From NCBI GenBank assembly GCA_021734995.1, contig JAIPHX010000004.1, forward strand, positions 18,115-82,114: 64,000 nt of DNA. Direction: 5' to 3'. Positions 37,764-47,833 of this stretch are shown here, piece after piece (positions within the stretch are counted from its first letter, which is position 1; the number at the start of each line of letters is the position of its first letter). A program made the position numbers and the translations under genes. The notes beneath the pieces were generated by a model. It worked only from the letters and a program-made list of their open reading frames with translations. It had not been told where the DNA came from and ran no database searches. The DNA comes from Minisyncoccota bacterium. GTDB taxonomy: Bacteria > Patescibacteriota > Minisyncoccia > Phycocordibacterales > UBA9973.

Positions 37764-40061
37764 TTATCCTAAAATTTTTCGCAAGACATCTTCAGGTACT
37801 TCTTTTGTTTTATTTTTCAGATCTTCTTGTTTCTTTTTACTGTCATATTCTTCGTTTTCGTCTTCTTGTTTCTTTTGATCATCATTTACCTGTTTTTCAT
37901 CTTCTTCTGTATTTTGATTATCAATTATCTCATCTTTTTTATTTTCTTGTTTAACTTCAGAATCTTCTAGAGGTCTTTCCCTTTCTGGAACTTTTGATAT
38001 TTCAGGCATTTCTATTTCGCGCACTATTCCAGAAAATACTGGAGTTTGTTCTTTTACATCTTCTTCTTTTTTTATCTCATTGACTTCTTTTGTTACAATT
38101 TTTTCAGTTATTTCTTTTGTTTCATCTATATCACTTATTTCCTCAAACTTTCCAATAAAATCTTTAAGCTTATTCATTTCTTCTAATGAAGCAGATTTAT
38201 CATTTTTAGGTGGTTTATTTTCTGTTTTTGATTTCAATATGTCTAAAGAAGCAGGAGGTTCTACCGGCTCACTTACCACTTCTTTTATTTCTTCTTTAGC
38301 TTTTATTTCTTCTGTTTTATTATTTAAAGTCTTATTTAAAATATCTTTTAAAGCACTTGTATCTCTTTCTTTTTCATTTTTATTTTTATTTTTTGAAAAA
38401 ACATTTTTGATTCCAGAAAATATTTTTGGTCTACCTGAACTTTTGTTATTATTACTTTCCCTCGAATCCTTAGAAGGTTCTTTGCTTTGTTCATTACTCT
38501 CTTCTTGTGCAAACTCTATTCCTAGATCCATTAATGGTTTATAAAACTTAGTAGGCTTGTAGTTTGACACAGACTCACCTTTCACTGGCTTCATTTCTCC
38601 TGCTTTTATTTTAGTAATACAATCTTTACAATACACAGGTCTTCCTTTTTCTGGTTTAAAAGGAACTTTTGTCGCATTTCCACAAGAAGAACACTCTACA
38701 TCAAATTTTTCAAAATTATTATTACCAGGATTTCCGTTTTCATCCAGAATAGACATTCCACTCCAATTATTTATTTCTTTTTCTACCTCTTCCTTTGTTT
38801 TACAATATAATTCACGAGACATTTTTATCACTTCCGTTTCTATTTCCTGATTACCAGATTTTACCAATTGAGGCATTGTTTTTGCAGAAAATGGACGCGA
38901 TGTAACTCCGTCAATCATAAGCTTCATATATACTTTATAATTCGGTAAATTAACAATATCCTCTGGAGTAAATTCTGGTTCAAATTCTTTTTCCAAAAAA
39001 TCAGCATCATCTGCTCCTACTCTAAACACAATCATTGTTCCAATGTTTCCAAAGATAGCATCACGAACAGAAGAGCTTTCTTTGGTAACAAGCTGAGCAG
39101 TGTATTGGTGAGCAACTGTAAGATTTAGGCGGTATTTTCTAGCTTCAGAAAGAATACCTGCAAAAGCATCTGTAACGAAATTTTGAAATTCGTCCACGTA
39201 AAGATAGAAATCTTTACGTTCATCTTCTGGGATACGTACTCTTTCCATCGCAGCAAGCTGAATTTTAGTAATAATCATACCTCCAAGAAGAGCTGAGTTG
39301 TCTTCTCCAATTCTTCCTTTTGAAACGTTTACCAAAAATATTTTTCCTTCATTCATCATATCAAAAATATTGATAGTACTTTTAGACTGACCCACAATAT
39401 TTCTAATAATAGAAGTAGATAAAAATTGCCCTACTTTGTTTTGAATAGGAGCGATAGCTTCGTTTCTAAATTTATCTTGCCATTCTTCGTATTCATGTAT
39501 CCAAAAAGCTTTAATGACAGGATCTTTCAAATTGGTGATTATTTTTTGTCTATAATCTTTGTCTACCAACATTCTAGGGATACCAAGAAGAGTAGTTCCA
39601 GGAGTATCTAGTAAAGCCAAAATAGCATTATTTAAAATATATTCCATTCTGGCACTCCAAGCATTTGCCCATATTTTTGTAAATATTCCCATCAAACCAG
39701 AAGCTACTAAATGCTTATACTTAGGATCTATTAATTCCAGCACATTAAAACCTATATGATATTCTGTATCAGCAGGATTAAAATATATTACATCTTTTAA
39801 TCTATGAGGTGGTATAGCAGAAAGGACACCTTCCACATTCTCTCCATGAGGATCCACAAGACATACACCATCTCCATTCTGGATGTTTTGAATAATCATA
39901 TTGAACATTAGAGCAGATTTACCAGTACCAGATTTTCCAAGAATATATACATGCTGACGTCTGTCTCTACGCTTTATACCAAAGAGTTTATTTTGGTCAC
40001 GAAAACTGGCTAAGCCAAGATATGTAAGGTCTCTATTACGTGGTAAGTCTGATAAATCCAT
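37764..40061 (-). CDS. FtsK/HerA-superfamily P-loop ATPase with C-terminal CxxC…CxxC zinc ribbon and ~330-aa K/E-rich low-complexity tail
   Basis: Walker A ILGKSGTGKS, CLVDPHGE, Walker B LYVDEFQ. Then CSSCGNATKVPFKPEKGRPVYCKDC, then a long lysine/glutamate-rich tail (…KEEIKEVVSEPVEPP…EDENEEYDSKKKQEDLKNK…). Confidence 0.55.
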   Translation of the reverse strand: MDLSDLPRNRDLTYLGLASFRDQNKLFGIKRRDRRQHVYILGKSGTGKSALMFNMIIQNIQNGDGVCLVDPHGENVEGVLSAIPPHRLKDVIYFNPADTEYHIGFNVLELIDPKYKHLVASGLMGIFTKIWANAWSARMEYILNNAILALLDTPGTTLLGIPRMLVDKDYRQKIITNLKDPVIKAFWIHEYEEWQDKFRNEAIAPIQNKVGQFLSTSIIRNIVGQSKSTINIFDMMNEGKIFLVNVSKGRIGEDNSALLGGMIITKIQLAAMERVRIPEDERKDFYLYVDEFQNFVTDAFAGILSEARKYRLNLTVAHQYTAQLVTKESSSVRDAIFGNIGTMIVFRVGADDADFLEKEFEPEFTPEDIVNLPNYKVYMKLMIDGVTSRPFSAKTMPQLVKSGNQEIETEVIKMSRELYCKTKEEVEKEINNWSGMSILDENGNPGNNNFEKFDVECSSCGNATKVPFKPEKGRPVYCKDCITKIKAGEMKPVKGESVSNYKPTKFYKPLMDLGIEFAQEESNEQSKEPSKDSRESNNNKSSGRPKIFSGIKNVFSKNKNKNEKERDTSALKDILNKTLNNKTEEIKAKEEIKEVVSEPVEPPASLDILKSKTENKPPKNDKSASLEEMNKLKDFIGKFEEISDIDETKEITEKIVTKEVNEIKKEEDVKEQTPVFSGIVREIEMPEISKVPERERPLEDSEVKQENKKDEIIDNQNTEEDEKQVNDDQKKQEDENEEYDSKKKQEDLKNKTKEVPEDVLRKILG

Positions 40062-40099
40062 ATATATAAATTATACCTTGCACAGAATGTTTTATCAAT

Positions 40100-40131
40100 A
40101 AAAAAACTGGCTTTGCGAAGCCAGTTTTTTT
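40100..40131. terminator. intrinsic terminator downstream of dnaK (palindromic)
   Basis: AAAAAAACTGGCTTtgcgAAGCCAGTTTTTTT directly after the dnaK stop codon. Confidence 0.5.
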
Positions 40132-40135
40132 ATCT

Positions 40136-42055
40136 TTAATTTTTAGTACCCTCTGTATCTCCCTTGTTTTCCGCTTCATTGAATTCTGCATCTCGCACTT
40201 CTGCGGGTTGCTCTTCAGGAGTAGCATTACTTTCAGGATTTGGCTCATTCGTACCAGCTTTAGCCATAGCTTCCCCTATCTTTGACATTTCAGAAGAAAG
40301 CTCTTCGGTGGCTTTTTTGATAGCTTCCATGTCATTCCCATCTTTTACTGATTTCAAATTTGAAATCTTTGTTTCTACTTCTTTTTTCAAATCTTCAGGG
40401 ATACTTGCTTCATTATCTTTCAAAGCCTTTTCAGCTGTGTAGATTATCATCTCTCCTGTATTTTTTACATCTACTATTTCTTTTTTCTTTTTATCTTCTT
40501 CAGCGTGGACTTCAGCATCTTGTTGCATTTTTTTAATATCTTCTTCTTTCAATCCAGAGCTAGCTTCTATTTTTATAGACTGTACTTTCCCAGATGCTTT
40601 TTCTTTTGCTGTAACATTTAAAATACCATTTGCATCTACATCAAAAGTAACTTCCACTTGAGGAATTCCTCTTGGAGCAGGTGGTACCCCATCTAAGATA
40701 AATTTACCGAGAGATTTATTGTCATTTGCCATTGGTCTTTCTCCTTGTACTATATGTATCTCCACTGAAGTTTGGTTGTCCGCAGCAGTAGAGAAAACCT
40801 GTGATTTAGAAGCTGGAATGGTAGTGTTTCTCTCAATCAATTTTGTGGCTACTCCACCAAGTGTTTCTATCCCCAAGGAAAGAGGTATCACATCAAGAAG
40901 TAGTACATCTCTAACTTCTCCTTTTAAAACTCCAGCTTGAACCGCAGCTCCTAGTGCCACTACTTCGTCTGGGTTAATAGACATGTTTGGAGTTTTTCCA
41001 AAAAAGTTTTTTACTGCTTCTGTTATGGCAGGCATTCTTGTCTGACCTCCCACCATGATTATTTCATTAATATCACCCATTTTAAATGGAGAAGCTTCTA
41101 ATGCTCTCTTTGTAATTTCAATAGATCTGTCTATATATTCACGAGCCAAAGATTCCAAAGTAGCTCTAGTCATTTTCAAAAGTAAATGTTTAGGGCCATC
41201 AGCTCCAGAAGTGATGAATGGTATATTTATTTCAGTTTCAGTAGTAGTAGAAAGTTCATGTTTCGCTTTTTCTGCCCCTTCTTTTAATCTTTGATGTGCA
41301 AGAGGGTCTTTAGATACATCAATACCTGACTCTTTTTTAAATTCCTCAGCAATCCAAGTAATAATCTTTCTATCAATATCACCACCTCCCATATGACTAT
41401 CTCCGTCTGTAGATTTTACTTCTATTACATCATCCCCAATTTCTAAAATAGATACATCAAATGTTCCTCCTCCAAAGTCATACACTACGATTTTTTCATT
41501 TTTCTTTTTATCAAAACCATAAGCTAATGCTGCAGCGGTAGGCTCGTTGATTATTCTCTTTACATCAAGCCCCGCAATCGCTCCAGCATCTTTTGTGGCC
41601 TTTCTTTGAGAATCATTAAAATATGCAGGGACAGTAATCACCGCTTCAGTTACTTTTTCTCCTGTTTTTGCCTCCACATCTGCTTTTATTTTTTGCAAAA
41701 GCATTGCAGAAATTTCTTCTGGACGATAAAACTTATCAGTCATTTTTACTTTTACTCCACCATCTTCACCGTTTTCAATTTTAAATGAAGCTGTTTGTTT
41801 ATCTTTTTGTACTTCTGGATCATCAAAACGATGCCCCATATATCGCTTTACTTCAGCTATTGTATTTTCAGGATTAGTCACAGCTTGTCTTTTAGCCAAA
41901 AGCCCAACCAAACGATCCCCGTTTTTTGCCATAGCAATCACAGAAGGAGTAGTTCTATTTCCTTCTACGTTTTCCACAATTTTAGGAGCACCTCCTTCAA
42001 TAATGGCTACGGCAGAATTTGTTGTCCCCAAATCAATTCCTATTATTTTACTCAT
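40136..42055 (-). CDS. dnaK: chaperone DnaK (Hsp70)
   Basis: [18 protein letters not shown]…, DLGGGTFD, and full Hsp70 ATPase and substrate-binding domains. Confidence 0.95.
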   Translation of the reverse strand: MSKIIGIDLGTTNSAVAIIEGGAPKIVENVEGNRTTPSVIAMAKNGDRLVGLLAKRQAVTNPENTIAEVKRYMGHRFDDPEVQKDKQTASFKIENGEDGGVKVKMTDKFYRPEEISAMLLQKIKADVEAKTGEKVTEAVITVPAYFNDSQRKATKDAGAIAGLDVKRIINEPTAAALAYGFDKKKNEKIVVYDFGGGTFDVSILEIGDDVIEVKSTDGDSHMGGGDIDRKIITWIAEEFKKESGIDVSKDPLAHQRLKEGAEKAKHELSTTTETEINIPFITSGADGPKHLLLKMTRATLESLAREYIDRSIEITKRALEASPFKMGDINEIIMVGGQTRMPAITEAVKNFFGKTPNMSINPDEVVALGAAVQAGVLKGEVRDVLLLDVIPLSLGIETLGGVATKLIERNTTIPASKSQVFSTAADNQTSVEIHIVQGERPMANDNKSLGKFILDGVPPAPRGIPQVEVTFDVDANGILNVTAKEKASGKVQSIKIEASSGLKEEDIKKMQQDAEVHAEEDKKKKEIVDVKNTGEMIIYTAEKALKDNEASIPEDLKKEVETKISNLKSVKDGNDMEAIKKATEELSSEMSKIGEAMAKAGTNEPNPESNATPEEQPAEVRDAEFNEAENKGDTEGTKN

Positions 42056-42090
42056 AATTTTATTTTAAATTAAACTTATAATATATATAA

Positions 42091-42170
42091 AAATAAAGGT
42101 TTTATTATATTTATACCTTTATTTTGCGACCGCAAAATACTTGTCAAAAGTAGTATATATGATATACTAC
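42091..42170. promoter_or_regulatory. cluster of perfect palindromes in the dnaK / PaaX-like divergent region (candidate operators)
   Basis: AAATAAAGGT…ACCTTTATTT (10-bp arms, 42091-42124); TTTTGCG-ac-CGCAAAA (42123-42138); GTAGTATAT-atg-ATATACTAC (42150-42170), the last ending 5 nt before the 42175 ORF start. Confidence 0.35.
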
Positions 42171-42174
42171 CCCT

Positions 42175-42693
42175 ATGTCAAGTAAATCAGACTATTCCAA
42201 AAAAATATTAGGTATTTTAGGCCAAAAAACAGCCATCTCTTTAGAGAATATCAAAAAAGGAGAAGACTCTAAAGCGAAATATGCTCTGACTAGATCTGTA
42301 AAAAATATGATTGAAGGAGGATTGGCTGAAATACACAAATCTACCAACCAAACTTTTTTAAAAATCACCCCAAAAGGTAAAGCAAAATTAAATTGTCTAA
42401 AATTAGAAGGTAAGGATGCTTTGGTTTCCAATTCTTGGGATGGTATGTGGAGGATTATTATTTTAGACATGCCAGAAACTAGAAAAAATGAGCGTGATAG
42501 TTTAAGATATATATTAAAGAAGGCAAATTTTGTTTGTATTAAAAATACTGTATGGGTATCCCCTTTCCCTTATGAACATTTGTTCTATAATTTAAAGAAG
42601 GACTTAGGATTATCCACAGAACTTATCATTATCGTCACAAACAAAGTAGACGATGATACTGCCAAAAATTTTTTGGAATCAATAAAATCATGA
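42175..42693 (+). CDS. winged-helix regulator, PaaX-family-like C-terminal domain
   Basis: N-terminal wHTH-like segment; C-terminal W.GMWRIIILDMPETRKNERDSLRYILKKANF…NTVWVSP matches the PaaX_C-type pattern (W.G.W…D.PE..R..RD.LR…GF…SVW.SP). Confidence 0.4.
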   Translation: MSSKSDYSKKILGILGQKTAISLENIKKGEDSKAKYALTRSVKNMIEGGLAEIHKSTNQTFLKITPKGKAKLNCLKLEGKDALVSNSWDGMWRIIILDMPETRKNERDSLRYILKKANFVCIKNTVWVSPFPYEHLFYNLKKDLGLSTELIIIVTNKVDDDTAKNFLESIKS

Positions 42694-43379
42694 AGATACA
42701 TAGATTTATCGGGGATTACAATTTGAATAAAGATTTCATTACTATTACTGATCTATCTCAAGTAAAGCAAATTAAAAATGTTTTAAAGTTAAATATTAAT
42801 GAACACATTTTTTTATCGGATGGGATGGGAAAAGAAATTGAAGCAGAAATTCAAAATATTCAAAAAGAACAAATTATGGTAAAAAAAGTAGTGGAAATTA
42901 TTACAGAAAAAGAAAATAAAAAAGTGAACTTGTATCTTGCTATCTTAAAGAAAGAAAACTTTGAATTAGCCGTCCAAAAAGCAGTAGAATGTGGCGTGTC
43001 AGAAATCACACCAATTTTAACAAAAAGAACAATAAAGACAGGTATCAAGAAAGATAGGCTTGAAAAAATAATCAAAGAGGCATGTGAACAATCTGGAAGA
43101 AATATTATTCCAAAAATAAATGAAATTACAACTTTTGAAAATGCATTACAAGAAGGACAAAAAAACGATCGTAAGGTGATTTTTCATTTTTCCAAAGAAG
43201 AATACTCAAATATCCCTGATATCAAAAGCATCGCTATATTTATAGGGCCAGAAGGTGGTTTTACTGATACTGAAATATCATTTGCAAGAGAACAAAAATA
43301 TGAAATTTGCTCTTTAGGTGACCATACACTACGAGCTGAGACTGCTTGTATTGTAGGGAGTTATCTTGCTTGCCACTAA
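42690..43379 (+). CDS. rsmE: 16S rRNA (uracil1498-N3)-methyltransferase RsmE
   Basis: PUA-like N-terminus and SPOUT C-terminus with IFIGPEGGFT; 229 aa; HRF at the N-terminus. Confidence 0.7.
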   Translation: MKIHRFIGDYNLNKDFITITDLSQVKQIKNVLKLNINEHIFLSDGMGKEIEAEIQNIQKEQIMVKKVVEIITEKENKKVNLYLAILKKENFELAVQKAVECGVSEITPILTKRTIKTGIKKDRLEKIIKEACEQSGRNIIPKINEITTFENALQEGQKNDRKVIFHFSKEEYSNIPDIKSIAIFIGPEGGFTDTEISFAREQKYEICSLGDHTLRAETACIVGSYLACH

Positions 43380-45115
43380 TACACCTCTTTATTATAACAC
43401 CCCTCACAATACACTATCTCTGGTCTATCTGGAGCATATGAGGTTTCGAATTCATTTGAGCACTCTTTTGTTCCGTTTGTATGCATATGTGCTTCTTTAT
43501 CACACATACAAGAGCGGTGCCAGAGTTTCATTGGGTTTCTTTTTGATAGTCTTTCGTAGTGTCTACAATTGGGACAGGTGTTTGGAACAGGAATTTTATT
43601 TTTTTTATAAAAAGACAACTCACTCTCTGTAAGTTTAAAAGCTTCAGTACATTTATGTTCACACTTACCTAAGTGTGAACAACCTATAATATTATTTAAT
43701 ATAGTATCATCAACATCTTTAATATTATCTGGTATACCTTGTGAAGGCAAATCTATCCTATAGTTCCTCTCTTCATCATCTTTCCATTTAAAACAAAGAT
43801 CTAGGGCAATATTTTTATTCAAAGGAAAAAATTCTTGAGCAGTTGATTCATTGTACGAAAAAGGAGACAGATCATATGGAAAGAATTCTCCATATTTATA
43901 TATTCTATTTTTTTTATCAATATATGGATTAGAATTCATTTCTTCTTTAATCTTTTCAATTAAAATTTGGTATTCCTCTTTTGTGTATTGTTTATTTAAA
44001 ATACAATATGACTTTTTTTGCAGAGAAATACAACCAAAAAGAAAAGAAGACCCTTTACACATTTCTGAATATTCTACATTGTTTGAGGTATCTACCACAT
44101 GCACAAACTTTGTATTTGATACTTCTTCAGGGCTCATCGCTTCATATACATATTGACTATTACCCATACCATAACAATCGTATATTTCTTTTGAGGAAAA
44201 AACCCATGCAGAGTATCTACTATTCTCTAGATCAAAACCATCAAATACCATTTTCGAATTTTTAGTATTTACTAGATTATCTCCTGTAGAATTTTGACAA
44301 CTTACTAAGTTTCCGTATTTATGTATAGATTGTTTTTTAATATTATCAAAAAGTTTTTTATACTCATCAATAATCTTTTTTGAACCTAAATCAATTTCCT
44401 TTAATCTTTCGAGATAAGCATCTTTTGAAAGATTTTCTCCCATAAACGTATATGAACTATTTCTTTTATTTATAATTCCAAAACAATTAGAGATATTTCT
44501 AGAGTTTGAAACAAAATAAGAATCAATCAATGCTTCAGATTTTTCTGAATAAAATGTATTATATGATTTTTCAACATTAAAAGCTTCGTATAAATTCTCT
44601 GAATAATGAGAATAAACTACGTCCATACATTTTTTTAAATTAACTGCTCTAGCTACATACATACAATCTTCTGAATCTCTAAACCCGTAAGAAAGATAGC
44701 AATTTTTGTTATTGTATGATTGGTTGGTATATGGCGAATTTGTACATTGTACAGTCCAAATACCCAATCTGGGTACTTTTAGTTGTAATTCTCTAAATAA
44801 TTCGAAAAAAGATTTTAAATTATCATATTCAATTCCAAAATCTATTGGATCCCAATTATCGCTATACCAACAATCTCTACAATATATCGTATAACATGAA
44901 TCTTTGGGGTACAAAGAAATGAAAGATTTTTTACATAAATCACAATCTCTTTTATACAAAGACCTTTCATTTCTCCACATAAATCTCCTCTGCATCCTAC
45001 ACTCCGGACAAAAAGTAGGTGGTGGTACCTTGATTTTTTGATAGAAAAGAAAGTCTTCTGACTCTATCATAAAGTCATTTTTGCAATTTTGACAGTTTTT
45101 AGTTTCTGGTGGCAT
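43376..45115 (-). CDS. Cys-rich paralogue family protein 1 (N- and C-terminal zinc-ribbon motifs, duplicated Cys-repeat core)
   Basis: N-terminal CQNCKNDFMIESEDFLFYQKIKVPPPTFCPECR and C-terminal LCPNCRHYERLSKRNPMKLWHRSCMCD…EIVYCEGCYNKEVY; about 30 Cys. Member of a six-gene family in this window. Confidence 0.6.
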   Translation of the reverse strand: MPPETKNCQNCKNDFMIESEDFLFYQKIKVPPPTFCPECRMQRRFMWRNERSLYKRDCDLCKKSFISLYPKDSCYTIYCRDCWYSDNWDPIDFGIEYDNLKSFFELFRELQLKVPRLGIWTVQCTNSPYTNQSYNNKNCYLSYGFRDSEDCMYVARAVNLKKCMDVVYSHYSENLYEAFNVEKSYNTFYSEKSEALIDSYFVSNSRNISNCFGIINKRNSSYTFMGENLSKDAYLERLKEIDLGSKKIIDEYKKLFDNIKKQSIHKYGNLVSCQNSTGDNLVNTKNSKMVFDGFDLENSRYSAWVFSSKEIYDCYGMGNSQYVYEAMSPEEVSNTKFVHVVDTSNNVEYSEMCKGSSFLFGCISLQKKSYCILNKQYTKEEYQILIEKIKEEMNSNPYIDKKNRIYKYGEFFPYDLSPFSYNESTAQEFFPLNKNIALDLCFKWKDDEERNYRIDLPSQGIPDNIKDVDDTILNNIIGCSHLGKCEHKCTEAFKLTESELSFYKKNKIPVPNTCPNCRHYERLSKRNPMKLWHRSCMCDKEAHMHTNGTKECSNEFETSYAPDRPEIVYCEGCYNKEVY

Positions 45116-45149
45116 ATATTAAAAGTATATATAATAAAGGGTAATTAGT

Positions 45150-46892
45150 CTAATACACCTCTTTATTATAACACCCTTCACAGTACACTATCTCTGGTCT
45201 ATCTGGAGCATATGAGGTTTCGAATTCTTCTGTGCACTTCCCTACATGTCCATGTTTGTCTTTATCACACATACAAGAGCGGTGCCAGAGTTTCATTGGG
45301 TTTCTTTTTGATAGTCTTTCATAGTGTCTACAATTGGGACAGAGCCTAGGGAGTGGTAGATTCATACGTTTGTAGAATTGTAATTCTTCAGGAATTATCT
45401 TGAAAGCTTCAGTACACTGATGGTTACAATCTTTGTGTTGACACTCAATGACTTTGTTAATAATGAAATCATCTAAATCTTTAATATTATCAGGGATATC
45501 TTCTGTTTTAATATCTATTGTATAGTTTCTTTCTTCTTTATCTTTCCATTCATATCCTTGTTCTTTTGCTTGTTCTTTAATTAAAGGAAAGAATTCTTGA
45601 GCGATTGTTTCATTGTAGGCAAATGGACTTAATTCACTTGGAAAGAATTCTCCATACTTATATACTCTCCCCTTACTATCTATGTATGGCATATCATTCA
45701 TGTGTTTTATTATTTTAGGAACTAGATCTTCATATTCTTCTTTGGTGTATTGTTTGTTTAGAATGCAGTATTGTTTGTTACGGAGGCCGATGCAGGCAAA
45801 GAGATTAGAACAAGATTTACACATCATGGAGTACGTTAAATTATGACTTACATCGATAGAGAAAGTGAACAAATTTGTATTTGGAGAAAAACCACAACCC
45901 ACACTTTCGTAAACAAGTTCTCCGTTGGCAACGCCATGTACATCATAAACATCTTTACATCCTTTTAAAACTCGCATACTGTAAGCTACATTTTCTGAAG
46001 AAGTTACATCAAAAGATTTTTTAACATTTTTTGAATTCACAATATTATTACCTTTAGAATTTAATGAATTTCTTATTTCAGCATATTTATGAGGTACAGA
46101 ATTCTTCATGCTATAAAAATCTTTTTTAAGCTTCTCGTTAACTACATATGACCCAAAGTCCATTTTATTTATTAAACTATTATATTCTTTAACACTTAAT
46201 TGTTTATTGTAAAAAAAGTTACTGGCATTAATTAAATTAGATGACATGAAACATTGGTTGATATTTGAACTTTTAAAAATAAATTTTGAGTGTATGCCTT
46301 CTTTAACTTGTTGTAAATAACTACATTCATTATTGTGGTAACTATCTAGTGAATTAGAGCATAATTCTGAGTCTTGCAACCAGTCAGAATCAAAACAATT
46401 ATGTAATCCAGAAGAGTTTGAACAATATAACGAGTCTTGACTTTCAATAACAGAAAAACACATATAACAATCTTTAACATTACCATTATAATTTCCATAT
46501 TCACTATTTAACTGTTTACCTTTTGTGTCTGCTGGTATTAACGGCACTTTTTTAAATAATTCATAAAATTGTTCAAAGAACGGATTTGAAAAATTATATT
46601 CTTTTGCATAAAATAGAGGATCCCATCTATCTCCCCACCAACAATCATGACAATAAACCTTAAATAAAGTTTCTTGATAATAATTTGTAACAAACTTTTT
46701 ATTACATAAATCACATCTTTTATGATACAAGTTTCTCTCATTTCTGAAATTCATCCTGCGTACCATCCTACACTCCGGACAAAAAGTAGGTGGTGGTACC
46801 TTGATTTTTTGATAGAAAAGAAAGTCTTCTGACTCTATCATAAAGTCATTTTTGCAATTTTGACAGTTTTTAGTTTCTGATGTCATATACAA
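45150..46892 (-). CDS. Cys-rich paralogue family protein 2
   Basis: Same terminal motifs; core diverged from paralogue 1. The termini (~110 bp at the 5' end, ~170 bp at the 3' end) are near-identical at the DNA level. Confidence 0.6.
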   Translation of the reverse strand: MYMTSETKNCQNCKNDFMIESEDFLFYQKIKVPPPTFCPECRMVRRMNFRNERNLYHKRCDLCNKKFVTNYYQETLFKVYCHDCWWGDRWDPLFYAKEYNFSNPFFEQFYELFKKVPLIPADTKGKQLNSEYGNYNGNVKDCYMCFSVIESQDSLYCSNSSGLHNCFDSDWLQDSELCSNSLDSYHNNECSYLQQVKEGIHSKFIFKSSNINQCFMSSNLINASNFFYNKQLSVKEYNSLINKMDFGSYVVNEKLKKDFYSMKNSVPHKYAEIRNSLNSKGNNIVNSKNVKKSFDVTSSENVAYSMRVLKGCKDVYDVHGVANGELVYESVGCGFSPNTNLFTFSIDVSHNLTYSMMCKSCSNLFACIGLRNKQYCILNKQYTKEEYEDLVPKIIKHMNDMPYIDSKGRVYKYGEFFPSELSPFAYNETIAQEFFPLIKEQAKEQGYEWKDKEERNYTIDIKTEDIPDNIKDLDDFIINKVIECQHKDCNHQCTEAFKIIPEELQFYKRMNLPLPRLCPNCRHYERLSKRNPMKLWHRSCMCDKDKHGHVGKCTEEFETSYAPDRPEIVYCEGCYNKEVY

Positions 46893-46913
46893 GTTATATT
46901 AAAACAATCCCAG

Positions 46914-47831
46914 CTAGAAATCAATCAGCAATATATTCTTTCCTTTTGAGTGACCTTTTTTTTGATATTTTAAAGCTTTTTTAAAGTGTTTAATATTAAA
47001 ATACTTATCCACAACAACCTTTATTGTTCCTTTTCCAATAAGTTTAACGATCTGCCCCAAGTCTTTTGAATCTGAATGAAACAAAAAATGCTTAGCTAAA
47101 ATATCATATCCTTCCAAATCTTCACTAGTTGGTTTTCCATTTATTGATAAATATTTTCCACCTTTCTTTAATACCTTAAAAAGAGTACTCTTCATTGAAA
47201 CACTATCAAGAACACAATCAAGATCTTTTATCTTATTAAAACTTGAAGTGTTGGTATAGTCTAAAATCTCATCAGCCCCAATATTATATAAAAACTTATG
47301 GTTTTTCTTTGAAGCAGAAGTATACACATACGCCCCTTTCCATTTAGCAAACTGTATTGCAAACAAACCCACTCCTCCAGCCCCAGCAGTTATAAATATC
47401 TTTTGTCCTTTTTTTAAATTAAGTTCTTTAAATAGAGATTGCCAAGCTGTCAGACTAGCCAAAGGAATTGATGCTGATTTTAAAAGAGATATATTTAATG
47501 GTTTTTTATATATATACATCTCTTTCGTCACTATGTATTCAGCACAAGCCCCCTGTTTCAACCATTCAAGAGATCCAATTACTTTATCTCCTTTTTTATA
47601 TTTTTTTATTTTTTTACCAACCTTAACAGCAACACCAGAAAAATCACTACCTAAAATATATGGCTTTTTAAATATATTATATTCTATTCCTTTCCAATCT
47701 ACAGGGTTTAATCCAACAGCTTTTACTTTAATTAAAATTTCATTATTTAAAATATCAGGGATAGGAATTCTTTTTATTCTTATATAGTTTCCTGATATAT
47801 TTTTATCTACAAAAATAGCTTTCATAATCAA
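46914..47831 (-). CDS. zinc-type/MDR-superfamily NAD(P)H-dependent oxidoreductase (quinone oxidoreductase-like)
   Basis: GroES-like N-terminus; Rossmann motif ITAGAGGVGLFAIQFAKWKGAYVY. Confidence 0.7.
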   Translation of the reverse strand: MIMKAIFVDKNISGNYIRIKRIPIPDILNNEILIKVKAVGLNPVDWKGIEYNIFKKPYILGSDFSGVAVKVGKKIKKYKKGDKVIGSLEWLKQGACAEYIVTKEMYIYKKPLNISLLKSASIPLASLTAWQSLFKELNLKKGQKIFITAGAGGVGLFAIQFAKWKGAYVYTSASKKNHKFLYNIGADEILDYTNTSSFNKIKDLDCVLDSVSMKSTLFKVLKKGGKYLSINGKPTSEDLEGYDILAKHFLFHSDSKDLGQIVKLIGKGTIKVVVDKYFNIKHFKKALKYQKKGHSKGKNILLIDF

Positions 47832-47833
47832 TT

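Noticed and set aside
37764-38750. K/E-rich tail of the second HerA-like ATPase as a separate gene or repeat element
   Set aside because: It is in-frame and continuous with the ATPase and zinc-ribbon. It is treated as a low-complexity C-terminal extension rather than a distinct feature.
40036-40248. 70-aa ORF overlapping the dnaK 3' end, and various 60-120-aa ORFs inside long genes (for example 16016-16258, 17164-17397, 38080-38544, 14791-15054)
   Set aside because: They are embedded in or antisense to well-supported conserved genes, or lie over the structured carA-carB spacer. Low-complexity translations with no motifs.
42056-42174. CIRCE/HrcA operator upstream of dnaK
   Set aside because: None of the palindromes matches TTAGCACTC-N9-GAGTGCTAA, and no hrcA gene is in the window.
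43366-43632. Plus-strand ORFs (88 aa at 43366 and 75 aa at 52879) with near-identical sequence MLATNTPLYYNTPHNTLSLVYLEHMRFRI…
   Set aside because: They are antisense to the conserved 3' termini of the Cys-rich paralogues, which is why they recur. No independent support.
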